Positions 52,274 to 64,000 of a stretch of DNA of 64,000 nucleotides are shown piece after piece; position 1 is the stretch's first letter; the number at the start of each line of letters is the position of its first letter. Source of the stretch: Octopus sinensis (Eukaryota). The position numbers were made by a program, and so were the translations under genes. The notes under the pieces are model-generated. The model was not told the DNA's origin, searched no databases, and saw only the letters and a list, made by a program, of their open reading frames with translations. Location of the stretch: the NCBI RefSeq assembly GCF_006345805.1, contig NC_042998.1:97588001-97652000 (forward strand). Direction: 5' to 3'.

Positions 52274-52961
52274 CCGCAGCATCAGCCGCAGCATCAGCCG
52301 CAGCATCAGCCGCAGCAGTAGTAGTAGTGGTGGTGGTGGTTTCAAATTTTGGTACAAGGCCAGTCATTTTAGAGAATGAGGATTAATTGCAGAATTATAC
52401 ATTTTATGATTAAAGTCTGCATATTTTCAAAATAAGTAAGGATTGAAGTTAACACAAACTTTCAAATATATTTGAAAGGATTAATAAAGTTCTATGATTA
52501 GTTATCATTAGTCATGTTTATAGAACATCTTGCAAGAAGCAACTCAATTCTATAAGGGTTTTCCCAGTGCAGCAGAGCAAGAGAAATTGCTGGTATGATG
52601 AGAATAACTAAAAACTTAGAAAAATAGCCTCTTTCCATTCATGACAAAGTTTTTAATTTTATGGCATCTGAAAGCCTAATCTCATGGGGAGATCTAAAAG
52701 CGTATAATAATAAGAATGCAAGCAAAGTGTGAAGTGAAAATAATGGTAAGCATGAAGAGGAATTATTGCCATTTCTAAACATCATAAATAAATTGTTCTG
52801 CCACAAGCAATCTTCAGTGCTTTAACTTCAATATTTACTCTAAAACTACTACCAACATTAATCTGTCTAAATTAATTACGAGCAGAGAAAAGTTTTCTTT
52901 TTATCCCCAAAATATCAAAAGTTGCAGTATAGATACAGTTCTGGGCTTTTTGGGAAACCTT

Positions 52962-52993
<32 letters not shown>

Positions 52994-55214
52994 TGTATGC
53001 ATGCATGAATGCATGCATGCATGTATGTATGTATGTATGTATGTATGTATGTATGTATGTATGTATGTATGTGTGTGTGTGTGTGTATTAAGTGTGCTAC
53101 ATGCTTTTGTATATTATGAATATATTATAGAAGTCCATCTGTTGTTAAAGAATACAAACATCCATTCAGAATTTGCTGCTGTATATTTTAATGATTAGTT
53201 TTGTTCTTGCTGCTGCTGCCAGCTGTTGGTTTCCTTCTTGCTACAGCAGGCAGTGATCTATGTTCAAAGGAATAAGTACCAACACATCTCTTAATAGTAC
53301 ATAGCCTCTTTAAGACAAATAAAAGAGCACTGCTTTTATATGGGTGCATGCAATAGTAATTTGTTAACGCTGCATATATAAGGAGGTGCTAGCTAGATAA
53401 TTGTACCAATATGTGAACTATTAACTATAATCAATCAAGTGTTAAGCCTGCAAAAATAGTTGACAAGTCCTCTCGGGAAAAACATGCACACTCAACAATT
53501 GTTGTTGTTATTGTCAGAAGCAACAGATAAACTTCTGGTGATGTTTTCATCAGAAGTTTTCAGAAGTTTAAGTAAAAGATTCCCACATGATGTTGGAATC
53601 CACCATAGGATTAGAACCTAAGCAATTTTTTTAAGGACCCTCACCTCCCTATCAGAAAGACCATCGCCATCATTATTATCATCATCATCATCATATTCAA
53701 CCCCTGGACATTACTGTCTTGAGTCCTAGGAGTCAGAGGGATTGTTACCTAATTTCCATGCTGTATGATTGGCTGATTGCAACATTAGTTCCTGAGCAGG
53801 ATGCCAATCCGTTGCAGAGTTACTCAAATAGTTGTAGCAATATGATCAAGTACACAATGCACCTCCTGATCTGGGAATTGAAACCATGATCACAAGATCA
53901 TAAGTGCAACACCCTAATTACTTGGCCATGTGTCATCACAAAAGATTGGATTACCCCTCTTTTAACCTTGGCATAATTCTACAAATGCATAGTTGTCTTT
54001 ATGAATGCTTGTGATCGGGGGGGGGGGTCAACCTGCAAGAAAGGTCACTTGCTTAATGACCTTAGGTCACAAGATAAATAAGTGGTGGCTATCAATGAAA
54101 CCAGCAGGAAAAAAAAAACGTGCATGACTGCAAATACACATTTCTTTTTGATTACTTTAAAGAGTCTGCATCGTCCTTCAGTCAACCAGGTCAAAGGAAA
54201 AGCAGTGCTGATTGAGAAAGGGTGGGACCTAAAGGTACGGATGATATTCCAGTACTCAGAGTAAATAGCAGCAACGCAATACTTTCAAACTAGCAATCAT
54301 TTATCCCCTGGCTGGAACAAGTTATGAAAATGCTCTGCTAGTTAGTGCTAATGGGAGACAAATGTGTCCTCTTAGATGTGCACAAGAACAGATTGATAGG
54401 TATCTGATAGATGGTGTTGTAGAAACCTCACAAACCTGCTCAGGCAGTTTCAACTAACAGGTACTGACTGGATTTCCAGAATGTACTAATGAGGATAGGG
54501 ATTAGGTCATTCAGATCATATCTAGATAATATTAATTATTAGATCAACAAATAATGATAGCATAGAGTGGCCACTGTTTCAGCTGATTTGCTATATAGAA
54601 TCCAATTTTATGATCTACATGACCAACCCTCCGAAGATTATCTGATTACTAATAAGCTGCACATATTACTTAACCAGGAAAAATTTTAATGAATTGATTA
54701 GTAAGCTAATTAAGTGGGAAGTAATGAGTATTCAACAATTAGTCATAGGTTTCTCTCTGAAGAGAGCCAATAAAGCAGAGTTGGTAAGGTGCACAAAGAG
54801 GAAGCATTAAAATACAATAGATTACGACTAGAAGAGGCAGTTAGAAAATACATCACAACCAGTGTATTTGTAGCAAAAAAAATGTATTCAACAACCCATA
54901 GGTTGCATTGCCAAAACAGAAAAACATGCTTTTAGAGACAAGGACACAAGAGCCATTCAATGGGGCTGGGTAACTGAGATGTGACATGGTAGCAAATCCA
55001 CAATTAGGTCTTTGATAGACCATGGTGAATGTGTGCTAGTTGATTCCAGATAGATGTGTATGGTATTATAGGAGCCCTTTGCTCACCTGTTTTTAGGGTA
55101 GTGGTGGAGTGGAAATGGTGAACTTTAGTACATGATTTGATGATCCACTGCAGTTCCCAGCAGAAAAGGCAAAGTGCTGTAAAACACTGTATAGTCCACA
55201 AGTAATTGTGTGAT

Positions 55215-55775
55215 GGGAAAAATCTCTTGATTTGGATGGTCTTATCTATGATCTTTACACCAGCTTTCTTGGCAGACGTCTATCACAGCTGACAATAAAC
55301 TGGTAGCATTTCCAGTTTTGTTCTCTGAGAAAAGGAAGGACACACAGGGGGAGGGGTCACTGACAAATTCTATTGAATGATGCAGATTTCAAGATTTTGA
55401 CCAAGATGCTCGAAAAGAAGCTGGATCTTGTTGTCGATAGTGTGGTCAGAAGTGCACATATGAGCATGATTTCTGGTAGATCTATTCACAACCTCCACTT
55501 CATGCAATACATTGTGAATAATAAATCTGGTTTCCATGATCCATTTGGATCACTTCAAAGCATTTGATAAGATCAATCATCGGTATTTGGCAGCAGTCCT
55601 TTATTCGCCTGGTTTCACTCCTATTTTCAAATGCTGGATCACTTCAGTATATAATAGTACTTACCAGGTGGTCAAAGTCAAACTACATGGCCATTTATCA
55701 GAACCATTATGAATCACATACTCAGTCGGGCAAGAATGTTCTCTCACATCACCCTTGTATTTTTGGATCTTGAGT
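55215..55775 (+). pseudogene. Tx1/L1-clade LINE reverse transcriptase remnant
   Basis: LDGLIYDLY, LLNDADFKILTKML, GRSIHNL, LDHFKAFDKINHRYLAAVL..GF..IFKCWI, VGQECSL, in canonical order with frameshifts. Confidence 0.75.
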
Positions 55776-56752
55776 CATCAAAAATTTGGGGTTGCCACAA
55801 GGAACCAAGAAGATCAGAATTCTCGTCCTCCAGCATGGAGACAGCCAGAGTCTCCAAATAATAATTCCATCCCATTTGTTTTATTGTGATATAGCAAGGA
55901 AATGAAGACTAGAGAAAAGTGGGAAACCATCAGGGACAGCAATAAAAGGAGAAAATGTAAAGGAATAATTAGTCTTAGAGCTGGCAGAATAGCCCCAACA
56001 TTTCTTCTGCATCTTATAAAACGCAGCTAAAAGAGGTTGTAGTAGGATTTTCACTCTGACCACATAAAACCCTCACCAGCAAATAAGCACTGGAGTCAAT
56101 TAAGGCAATGCCTCAACATGGCTACACAAGGCAATGCCCCAACATGGTGGTGGCTGGGGCAGCTGTGACAGTGGTAGTAGTAGTAGGAGTAGTTGCTGTT
56201 GTTGTTGCTGTACTGCAATGCAGAACCAGTAAAATGGTAAACAAACTTTTTTGCAATTTCTTAATCATATCTCTTTACATTCTGAGTCCCAAATCAGGCC
56301 AAGGTTAGCTTTGTCTTTCAGCTTTCAAGGGACAACAAGAAAAGTACCAGTAATATCCTAAGGTCAATTTAATTGAACATTCTCGCCCTCACCCCTCCCT
56401 ACCCCTAAAAATGTATGGCCTAATGCGAACGTAAGAAATCATTAATGCTGCTATTGTTTTTATTGATAATGTTGTTGCTATTGTTGACAATGTTGCTCTT
56501 GTTTTTGTGTCTTTATTTATTTATTCATTTGTGTAAAGAAATATCTCAAAAAGCAGAAAAGAATGGACGAAATGAGAACTAAGTGACAAGATTAAATACT
56601 CAATCTCCCATAAATATCACCTGTAAAGACTTCACAGAAGCAGAAGAATGGCAAGCATTTGATTCCTTGGCATCTAGTAACAGAGGAATTACAAGAACAT
56701 AGGAAGAAGCAAAAAAGAAATGAATGGCTCTGATGTAGCTTCAGGGAATATA

Positions 56753-56793
<41 letters not shown>

Positions 56794-57132
56794 ATGTGTG
56801 TGTATGTGCATGTGTATACACATACATACATACATGCATACATACATTACAGATGGAGTTTAGAAGAGGAGTTATAAAGACATTTGTTAGAGTGGTTTGT
56901 TGGTTGGTTGGGGTAAGATGATGGATTGAAGTTAACCAAGTTCATACATGAGTGAGGCTGAGACAAAGATGACATATTTTCTATAGGCTTGAGAATAGCA
57001 GCGGTGTGTGTATCAAGTGGGGGCGGGGTGAGATTTAGTGTAGAAGAGTTTTAGAAATCTTTTACTAAGAAACGTTAGTTTGAGTTCTTCCTAACTCTTA
57101 CATTTTTTTTGTTTTCTGTTTTACTGTGTTCA

Positions 57133-57155
<23 letters not shown>

Positions 57156-57165
<10 letters not shown>

Positions 57166-57691
57166 TATTTGAGACAAAACCACTATTTTGCAAAACAAAC
57201 AAGGAAAGACTTAATCAATACATAAAATTTAATAGTTTTACCCAGTAATTCTTACATCATAAACACTTTATACAGACACATGGTCTGACCCAAGGATTCT
57301 CACTTTATATCCACATATATGTACTTTAGTGGCAGCATATGGTTTAGTGGTTAGGGTGTTACACTATTTATTAAATTTTATGTATTGATTAAGTCTTTCC
57401 TTGTTTGTTTTGCAAAATAGTGGTTTTGTCTCAAATAATATTTTATAATATTTTACTATAAAATTGGATTTAATCCTAAATCTGATTTTTTTCCCTGTTA
57501 ATTTGGATTTATTCCCTAATATTTATTATATATATATATATATATATACATACACAGATAGTTTTACCCAGTAATTCTTACATCATAAACACTTTATACA
57601 GACACATGGTCTGACCCAAGGATTCTCACTTTATATCCACATATATGTACTTTAGTGGCAGCATATGGTTTAGTGGTTAGGGTGTTACACT
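57156..57691. repeat. Compound rearrangement: 79-bp inverted repeat (57156-57234 / 57369-57447) and 134-bp direct repeat (57232-57365 / 57558-57691)
   Basis: Both pairs are near-identical by direct comparison. Confidence 0.9.
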
Positions 57692-57860
57692 TGTGATCAT
57701 AAGCTTGTGGTTTCAATTCCTGGACCAGGAGATGCGTCGTGTTCTTGAGCAACCCACTTTATTTCACATTGCTCCAGCTGGCAAAAAATGTATAATCCTG
57801 GGATGAACTAGCATCCTGTCCAGAAGATGAATACTTACACCACAGAATCTGAGAAACTGG
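57655..57860 (+). mobile_element. tRNA-derived SINE with V-domain-like core
   Basis: Head catatggtttagtggttagggtg...ggtttcaattcc; core gatgaactagcatcctgtccag; similar to 19239-19473. Confidence 0.6.
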
Positions 57861-59289
57861 TTTTATTATCCAATGGCTTAAGACAGACCCTGGTTCCTTT
57901 CTTTTTATATATATATATATATATGTGTATGTTATATACCATATGGTTTAACCATGTGATTCTCAATCTTTTGTTGCACAGTGACGTTTTTAACCAAAGT
58001 GTTTTACAAATGCCCATCCTGCAACCAACCCTATTTTGCAAAAAGAAAAGAAAAATAAAAAAAATAAAAAGCCCTAAATTACTCTCATCAAATGGTAACT
58101 AATTTTGTGTAGTGGTTTTTTATCAATATGTAATGGGGATTTGAAACCGAAGTGTTAGGTAGCCTGTCACAAGCAAACCACAATAGCAGTCTATTAAGTA
58201 ACCAATCAGCATCAAGCCACCATGTGATTCAATTTACAAAAATTTCTTCCTGTGCCCAATAAAAGGCCACTTTTAGTGATAATTCATTGCAGAGTGTCAG
58301 AAGGCAGATGAGTGATATGTACTTCCACCCTAACCAGACGGCCCATGCAGACAGCTAAGATAAAATGCAGAATGTTGAGGCAGGAGCACATTGTGTCTCC
58401 ATTTTTGCCACAGCCAGATAGTCAATAGGAATCTCCACTGCCATGAACATTGCACAATTATTTCCAGTTATGACAAGCCAGCCACAAATTACTGTATCAG
58501 TAAGCTTGTAATAAACTCCAAGTAGTATGTCTCCCCCAGTATGCAATTATCACTGTTATTTGTAAAATACCAACACAATTAAGTTCTATGTGCAGTAATA
58601 AAATCTTCAGTTAATTGTTCATTGATGTTGTTACTTCTTCACATAAACCCAAGAAATGCATTTTCATTCGGCAAGTGAACTGGCCATCACTAGATCAGCC
58701 AATAAAATCCACTCATGACAAATATATTCTTACACTACCATATCCAGTAAGTACCTTCTTTTAGATATTTGCATAGATTAGAATCCCCTCTGTTAAACTT
58801 TTATGGAAATTGCTGTTGAAGACAAGCTGTATAATGAAATTATATCAGACCTTAGGGCATCGTTACTGATGCTTCTGCTTACTGAAAATACAATGCAATA
58901 TTTGGTTTTGTTTGGAAGTTGTTTTTTTTTAATATAAATATTGTACTTAATTTAAATATTTTAAATCAGGTACACACAGGTATGGTTGTATGGCTACAAA
59001 GTTTGCTTCCCAAACTGATGTTTTGAGGTTCAGACACACTGCACATTGTCCTTGGGCAAGTGTTTTCTACTATGGTCCCAAGCCAACAAAGCCTTGTGAG
59101 TGGATTTGGTAGATGGAAAGTAAAAGAAGCCTGATGTGTGCTTAGAAAGCTTGTCTCTCAACCACATGGTTTCAGGTTCAGTCCCACTATGTGGCAATTG
59201 TGCAAGTGTCTTCGGCTGTAGCCTCTAGCAGACTGAAGCCTTGAGATTGAATTTGAATTTGGTGGGTGGAAGTTCCCATCTAGATATAG

Positions 59290-59320
<31 letters not shown>

Positions 59321-59321
59321 G

Positions 59322-59356
<35 letters not shown>

Positions 59357-59388
59357 ATATATAGATATAGATATATAGGTATAGATAT

Positions 59389-59432
<44 letters not shown>

Positions 59433-59444
59433 TATAGTGATCCA

Positions 59445-59858
59445 GTTCCATCCAAGCAGGATCGCTGCCAGAGCAGCTGACTGGCTTCCGTGGCAGTGGC
59501 ACACAAAAAGCACCATTTGAGCATGATTGTTACCAGCGTCGCCTTACTGGCACGTGAACAAAACATTCAAGCGAGGTTGTTGCCAGTGCCGCTGGACTGA
59601 CTCCTGTGCAGGTGGCATGTAAAAAACACCATTTGAGTGTAGCCATTGCCAGTTCCGCCAGACTGGCCCTCGTGCTGGTGACACGTAAAAGCACCCACTA
59701 CACTCTCGGAGTGGTAGGCATTAGGAAGGGCATCCAGCTGTAGAAGCTCTGCTAGATCAGATTGGAGGTTGGTGCAGCCATCTGTTTCACTAGTCCTCAG
59801 TCAAATTGTCCAACCCATGCTAGCATGGAAAGTGGACGTTAAATGATGATGATGATGA
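59445..59858 (+). mobile_element. Family C element with internal ~60-nt repeats and (GAT)n tail
   Basis: Conserved core and tail. Confidence 0.8.
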
Positions 59859-60293
59859 TATATATATACAAGCAGAGATACCCGTCCTTGCTCATGATTA
59901 AAATGGCATAGTTTTTTATTGTTTTACTTCTTTCAGTCATGTGACTGCAGTCATGTGAATGCAGCCATGCTGGAGCACCACCCTTGGTCAAACAAATCAA
60001 CCACAGGATTTATTCTTTGTAAGCCTAGTACTTGTTCTAATAGCGTCTTTTGCCAAACTGCTAAGTTATGGGAACATAAACACAGCAACATCATTTGTCA
60101 AGCAATGCCGTGGGTACAAGCACACACACACAAATATACACATATAAAAGACAGTCTTCTTTCAATTTCCATATACGAAATCCTCTTACAATAATATATA
60201 ATATACATATATATATATATTATATTTTGTAAAATTTGATTTAGTATTTCTAAATTGAATTTTTCCCAGTAAGTTTGGAATAATATTCCCTCA

Positions 60294-60324
<31 letters not shown>

Positions 60325-60544
60325 CTATATATATATATATATATATATGTAGGTAAACAGTAAAAATAATTACAGACATGATGTATATTGGCAGGGCTGG
60401 CCTGCTAGGTAGCCGGCCAGAATGCTAGAAATAGATCATAAACGATCAAACTACAAGGGAAATTCTCTAGAGGAAGAATTCAGCGAACACCAGAACCAAA
60501 TTTGGCGGGCAGGACATATGAAAAATTAAATAAAAAACAGACTT

Positions 60545-60622
60545 AAATGCATACCTCGGTTTCGGTCTTAACAAAAGAATTACTTGCATAATTCAAGTGT
60601 CCGTGACTTCTTCAGTACATTC
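60545..60622 (-). ncRNA. Type I hammerhead ribozyme motif, core intact, 7-bp stem I
   Basis: Minus strand: gaatgta-CTGAAGA-agtc-[37 nt with a gaatta/taattc hairpin]-gacc-GAA-acc-ga-ggt-A-tgcattt; GUA triplet. Confidence 0.75.
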
Positions 60623-61214
60623 GGTCCTCGAGATGCATATAGGCGCAGGAGTGGCAGCGTGGTAAGTAGCTTGCTTACCAACAACATGGTTCCAGGTTCA
60701 GTCCCACTGTGTGACACCTTGGGTAAGTGTCTTCTACTATAGCTGTTATTTCCAGCTTGGTGAATGACTGCATAAAAAGGTTCCTTCATTGGGTTATTTC
60801 CCTTACTAGCCATAATGAAAGTAGACGAGTCTTGGCAGTCAAGTTGTCTGAAGGAACCCATCACTGCAAAGGGAAATTACTTTGACAGACAAGTAGAAGA
60901 GATTTGGCAGTTTTAGCTGTTTAGGAGAAAAGTTTTCTATAATATAACTGATACAAAGTAGCAGAAGACATGATAGATCTCACTCTCTCTTCTTCAGTTT
61001 CTCTAAAGCAACAATGCAGTAATAAAGAGACCAAGCTGATCTAACAGTGAAGGGTCATGATTTTGAGCTACATGGTTCTCATTTTGTCTTAGTTTAATTA
61101 AAACCATTGCATGTTATTGCAATCAGATGACATAGTTTTTGTCATCATTACTTTTTGCCGTCATCATCATTGGTACCAGTACCATCACCACTGTTGCCAC
61201 CACCATCATTGTCC

Positions 61215-61560
61215 TATAATAATAATAATGAAATTATTGTATACAGTGCTCAGGTACACCACAACTTGTCAAAAGTGCTTATAAAGCATATGCAGTAATG
61301 TACAAATGTCTGGAAAGTGAACAGTGTATGAGTCAGACACATGCTTGCATGTGTACGGAGGGGAGAAAATCAGGTGTGGTGTTGGCGATCTCAGTAAGTA
61401 TGGAAGTTTTGAAGGATGCAGTGCTCCGACAACTAACAACTGATGCCGGCAGTTAGTTCCATACTTCAGCCACTCTTAGCATGAAAAAATGTTTCCGAAA
61501 GTCATGAGAGCTGTGCTGTTTTCTGACTTTGTAAACATGTCCACAGGTGTTAGACTGCCT
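61215..61560 (-). mobile_element. CR1/L2-type LINE 3' end
   Basis: TCGHVYKVRKQHSSHDFRKHFFMLRVAEVWN*LPASVVSCRSTASFK, followed by a (TTA)n-like tail. Confidence 0.75.
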
Positions 61561-62094
61561 CATTCTCGTTGTCATCATCTTCACCACTAATAACAACAAC
61601 AATGCCATCATCATTATCATTGTTCTCGAAATAATCATCATCCTCATCAACATCATCATTGATATCATCATCAGTGTTTCACATTTGCTTTTCATACTGG
61701 TATGGGTTGGACAAATTTTCTGAAACTGTTTTTAAAACAAGGTACCCTTCCAGTTACCATCCCTTTTAGTCACCTCTTATAATATTCAGGAACGCAGGAA
61801 TCTAAAACTAGGATGTGTACAATAATTATATTAGTCAGACAATTGATGGCTAAATAAATACACCAATTCACTCTACAACTACATAATAAGGACATCCAGC
61901 CACTCCTAACTAAATTAAATATTCACAAAAATTTTTTTCTTGAGCCCTAGAACTCATAACGGTGGTTGTCTAGTCTCCATCATGTATATAAGTGACCAAG
62001 ATCGCCACAATCCCCTTTGAATAAGATGCCAGTCCATAGCAAAATTAAATACATAGGAATTATTACACTGGTTGTGTTAACAAGACTGCTATCT

Positions 62095-62487
62095 CTTTTA
62101 CTCTTTTACTTGTTTCAGTCATTTGACTGTGGACATGCTGGAGCACCACCTTTAGTCGAACAAATCGATCCCAGGACTTATTCTTTGTAAGCCTAGTACT
62201 TATTATATTGGCCTCTTTTGCCAAACCGCTAAGTTACGGGGACGTAAACACACCAGCATTGGTTATCAAGCGATGTTGGGGGGACAAACATAGACACACA
62301 CATACATATATATATATATACAACGGCCTTCTTTCAGTTTCTGTCTACCAAATCCACTCACAAGGCTTTGGTCGGCCCGAGGCTATAGTAGAAGACACTT
62401 GCCCAAGGTGCCACACAGTGGGACTGAACCCGGAACCATGTGGTTGGTAAGCAAGCTACTTACCACACAGCCACTCCTACGCCTATG
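62095..62487 (-). mobile_element. tRNA-derived SINE (family A), full length
   Basis: Head ataggcgtaggagtggctgtgtgg through the tail gtaaaagagtaaaagag. Confidence 0.9.
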
Positions 62488-63180
62488 AATTAGTGTAAAT
62501 TTTTCTGGTTGGGTTGCAGAAATCCCATAGTTAGTTGTGTAGGTAAACTTTTAGAGAGAAAAGTAAGAGGGAGGCTAGAATAAATGACAGATTGATAAAA
62601 TAACATGACATAGCATCCATCATCTCTAATCAATAGGGAACATGATATTCAGAAAATCATCTTTGACATCATGACCATCACTATCACCAATACCAAACAC
62701 CAGCATCATAATAATGATAGTCATTTCACTAAATTCTTGCTTCAACAAAGACATTGGAGAAAGGTATGGTCCTTCAGTCTGTCAGATCTTGTCAAACCAT
62801 CCAACCCACACCAGCACAGAAAAATGCATATAAAATAATGAAGTTGTTTATGATTATGATGGTGTTGTTGTTTTTGATGATGATGATGATGATTTTAAAA
62901 ATTAATTAAAACAACAGCAAGTGTCTTTCAATGAAAGTGTTATTCCTGACTAGTGTAAGCGCTTCAGAAGAGATTCACAGGGGAGACTTCAAACTGATGG
63001 ACAAATTTCTGAAAGTATAGCTAAGAAAGTCATTAATGATATTAATACAAGAGGAGACTAGCTCGAATAAGATGTAATTTTGGTTTGCCCCAGGATGTGA
63101 AAGCTTGTTCCTATTTTTCATGAAACAATGCCAGAGAAGTAGCTAATCAAAAACAAAATTCTACTTTACCTTTGTTGATA

Positions 63181-63580
63181 TACTCTTTACTCTTTTACTT
63201 GTTTCAGTCATTTGATTGCAGCCATGCTGGAGCACCACCTTTAGTCGAACAAATCGACCCCAGGACTTATTCTTTGTAAGCCTAGTACTTATTCTATCGG
63301 TCTCTTTTGCCGAACTGCTAAGTTACAGGGACATAAACACACCAGCATCGGTTGTCAAGTGATGTTGGTGGGGGACAAACACAGACACACAAACACATAT
63401 ATATACATGTATACGACAGGCTTCTTTCAGTTTCTGTCTACCAAATCCACTCACAAGGCTTTAGTCGGCCCAAGGCTATAGCAGAAGACACTTGCCCAAG
63501 GTGCCACACAGTGGGACTAAACCCGGAACCATGTGGTTGGTAAGCAAGCTACTTACCACACAGCCACTCCTGCACCTATT
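63181..63580 (-). mobile_element. tRNA-derived SINE (family A), full length
   Basis: Head ataggtgcaggagtggctgtgtgg; tail gtaaaagagtaaagag. Confidence 0.9.
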
Positions 63581-63587
63581 GTGTGAC

Positions 63588-63705
63588 ACTTATAGCACCT
63601 AGGTTTCCCAAGCAGTCACCCGTCTAAGTACCAACTAGGCTCAACGTTGCTTAACTTCGGTGATTGGACAAGAACCAGTGCTTTCAACATGATATGGCCA
63701 TAAGC
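63588..63705 (-). pseudogene. 5S rRNA pseudogene / 5S-derived head (118 nt)
   Basis: Minus strand: gcttatggccatatcatgttgaaagcactggttcttgtccaatcaccgaagttaagcaacgttgagcctagttggtacttagacgggtgactgcttgggaaacctaggtgctataagt. Colinear with metazoan 5S; several CpG to TpG/CpA changes; no oligo-T terminator. Confidence 0.92.
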
Positions 63706-64000
63706 ATGGGGAATTTTTTAAACTCATTCCCACTTTCTGTAGTACAGAGAAAAGCTGAAAGTTGAAGATTAGCATATGAGAGCCATTAAATCACAAAACC
63801 AAAGGGGCTGCAAAATTGGTTGTAAGTTCACAGAGGAATTTGATGTAAGGGTCAGTAGGCATTCACCAGGCTTCTTCAGTTCTTTAAATATTTCTAATGG
63901 CAATGAAGCAATCCAGAACCGGATGTCTGTGCAAAGTTTTCCATGCTTGATGAAATGGTTCCTATTGTAGAATTTGTAGCTGAAGAAGTTCCAATCCCGG

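Larger units (their letters stand above)
62930..64000 (+). pseudogene. Old RTE RT remnant, interrupted at 63181-63705
   Basis: RGDFKLMDKFLKV, M*FWFAPGC..LFFMKQ, TFVD | then KLKVED..MRA, FTEEFDVRV, GIHQ.S; colinear with RTE RT motifs across the insertion. Confidence 0.6.

Noticed and set aside
52230-52340. (GTA)n with a 12-bp agccgcagcatc repeat as a poly-Ala/Ser coding region
   Set aside because: Embedded in a SINE tail microsatellite, with no splice or ORF context
59780-59805. CTGAGGA-ctagt-GAAAC on the minus strand as a hammerhead
   Set aside because: No stem II or stem III/UH, and other family C copies lack GAAAC at this position

Overview
AT-rich, microsatellite-dense eukaryotic genomic DNA. 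The repeat families look like those of an octopus (coleoid cephalopod); this is an inference from the SINE, RTE and MITE types. No complete protein-coding gene can be supported and most six-frame ORFs are microsatellite artefacts. The window is mainly decayed transposable elements: several tRNA-derived SINE families, RTE-, Tx1/L1- and CR1-type LINE fragments, a Penelope GIY-YIG fragment, mariner and maT-type Tc1/mariner deletion derivatives, and piggyBac- and hAT-type MITEs. It also has a CpG-rich promoter-like island near 10.1-10.65 kb, scattered candidate plus-strand exons and a 5S rRNA pseudogene. The most notable signal is a dense set of minimal type I hammerhead ribozyme motifs from at least four sequence families. 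Seven are near-complete, three of these have all core nucleotides intact, and there are additional halves. Most have tiny, palindromic or near-palindromic stem III and a non-canonical A.A or A.C closure of stem II, and several lie in fold-back structures. Also notable are a 5S + tRNA-SINE composite inserted at one site of an old RTE, and two bipartite RTE derivatives with a ribozyme-like 5' leader. All structures were folded by eye and are untested.
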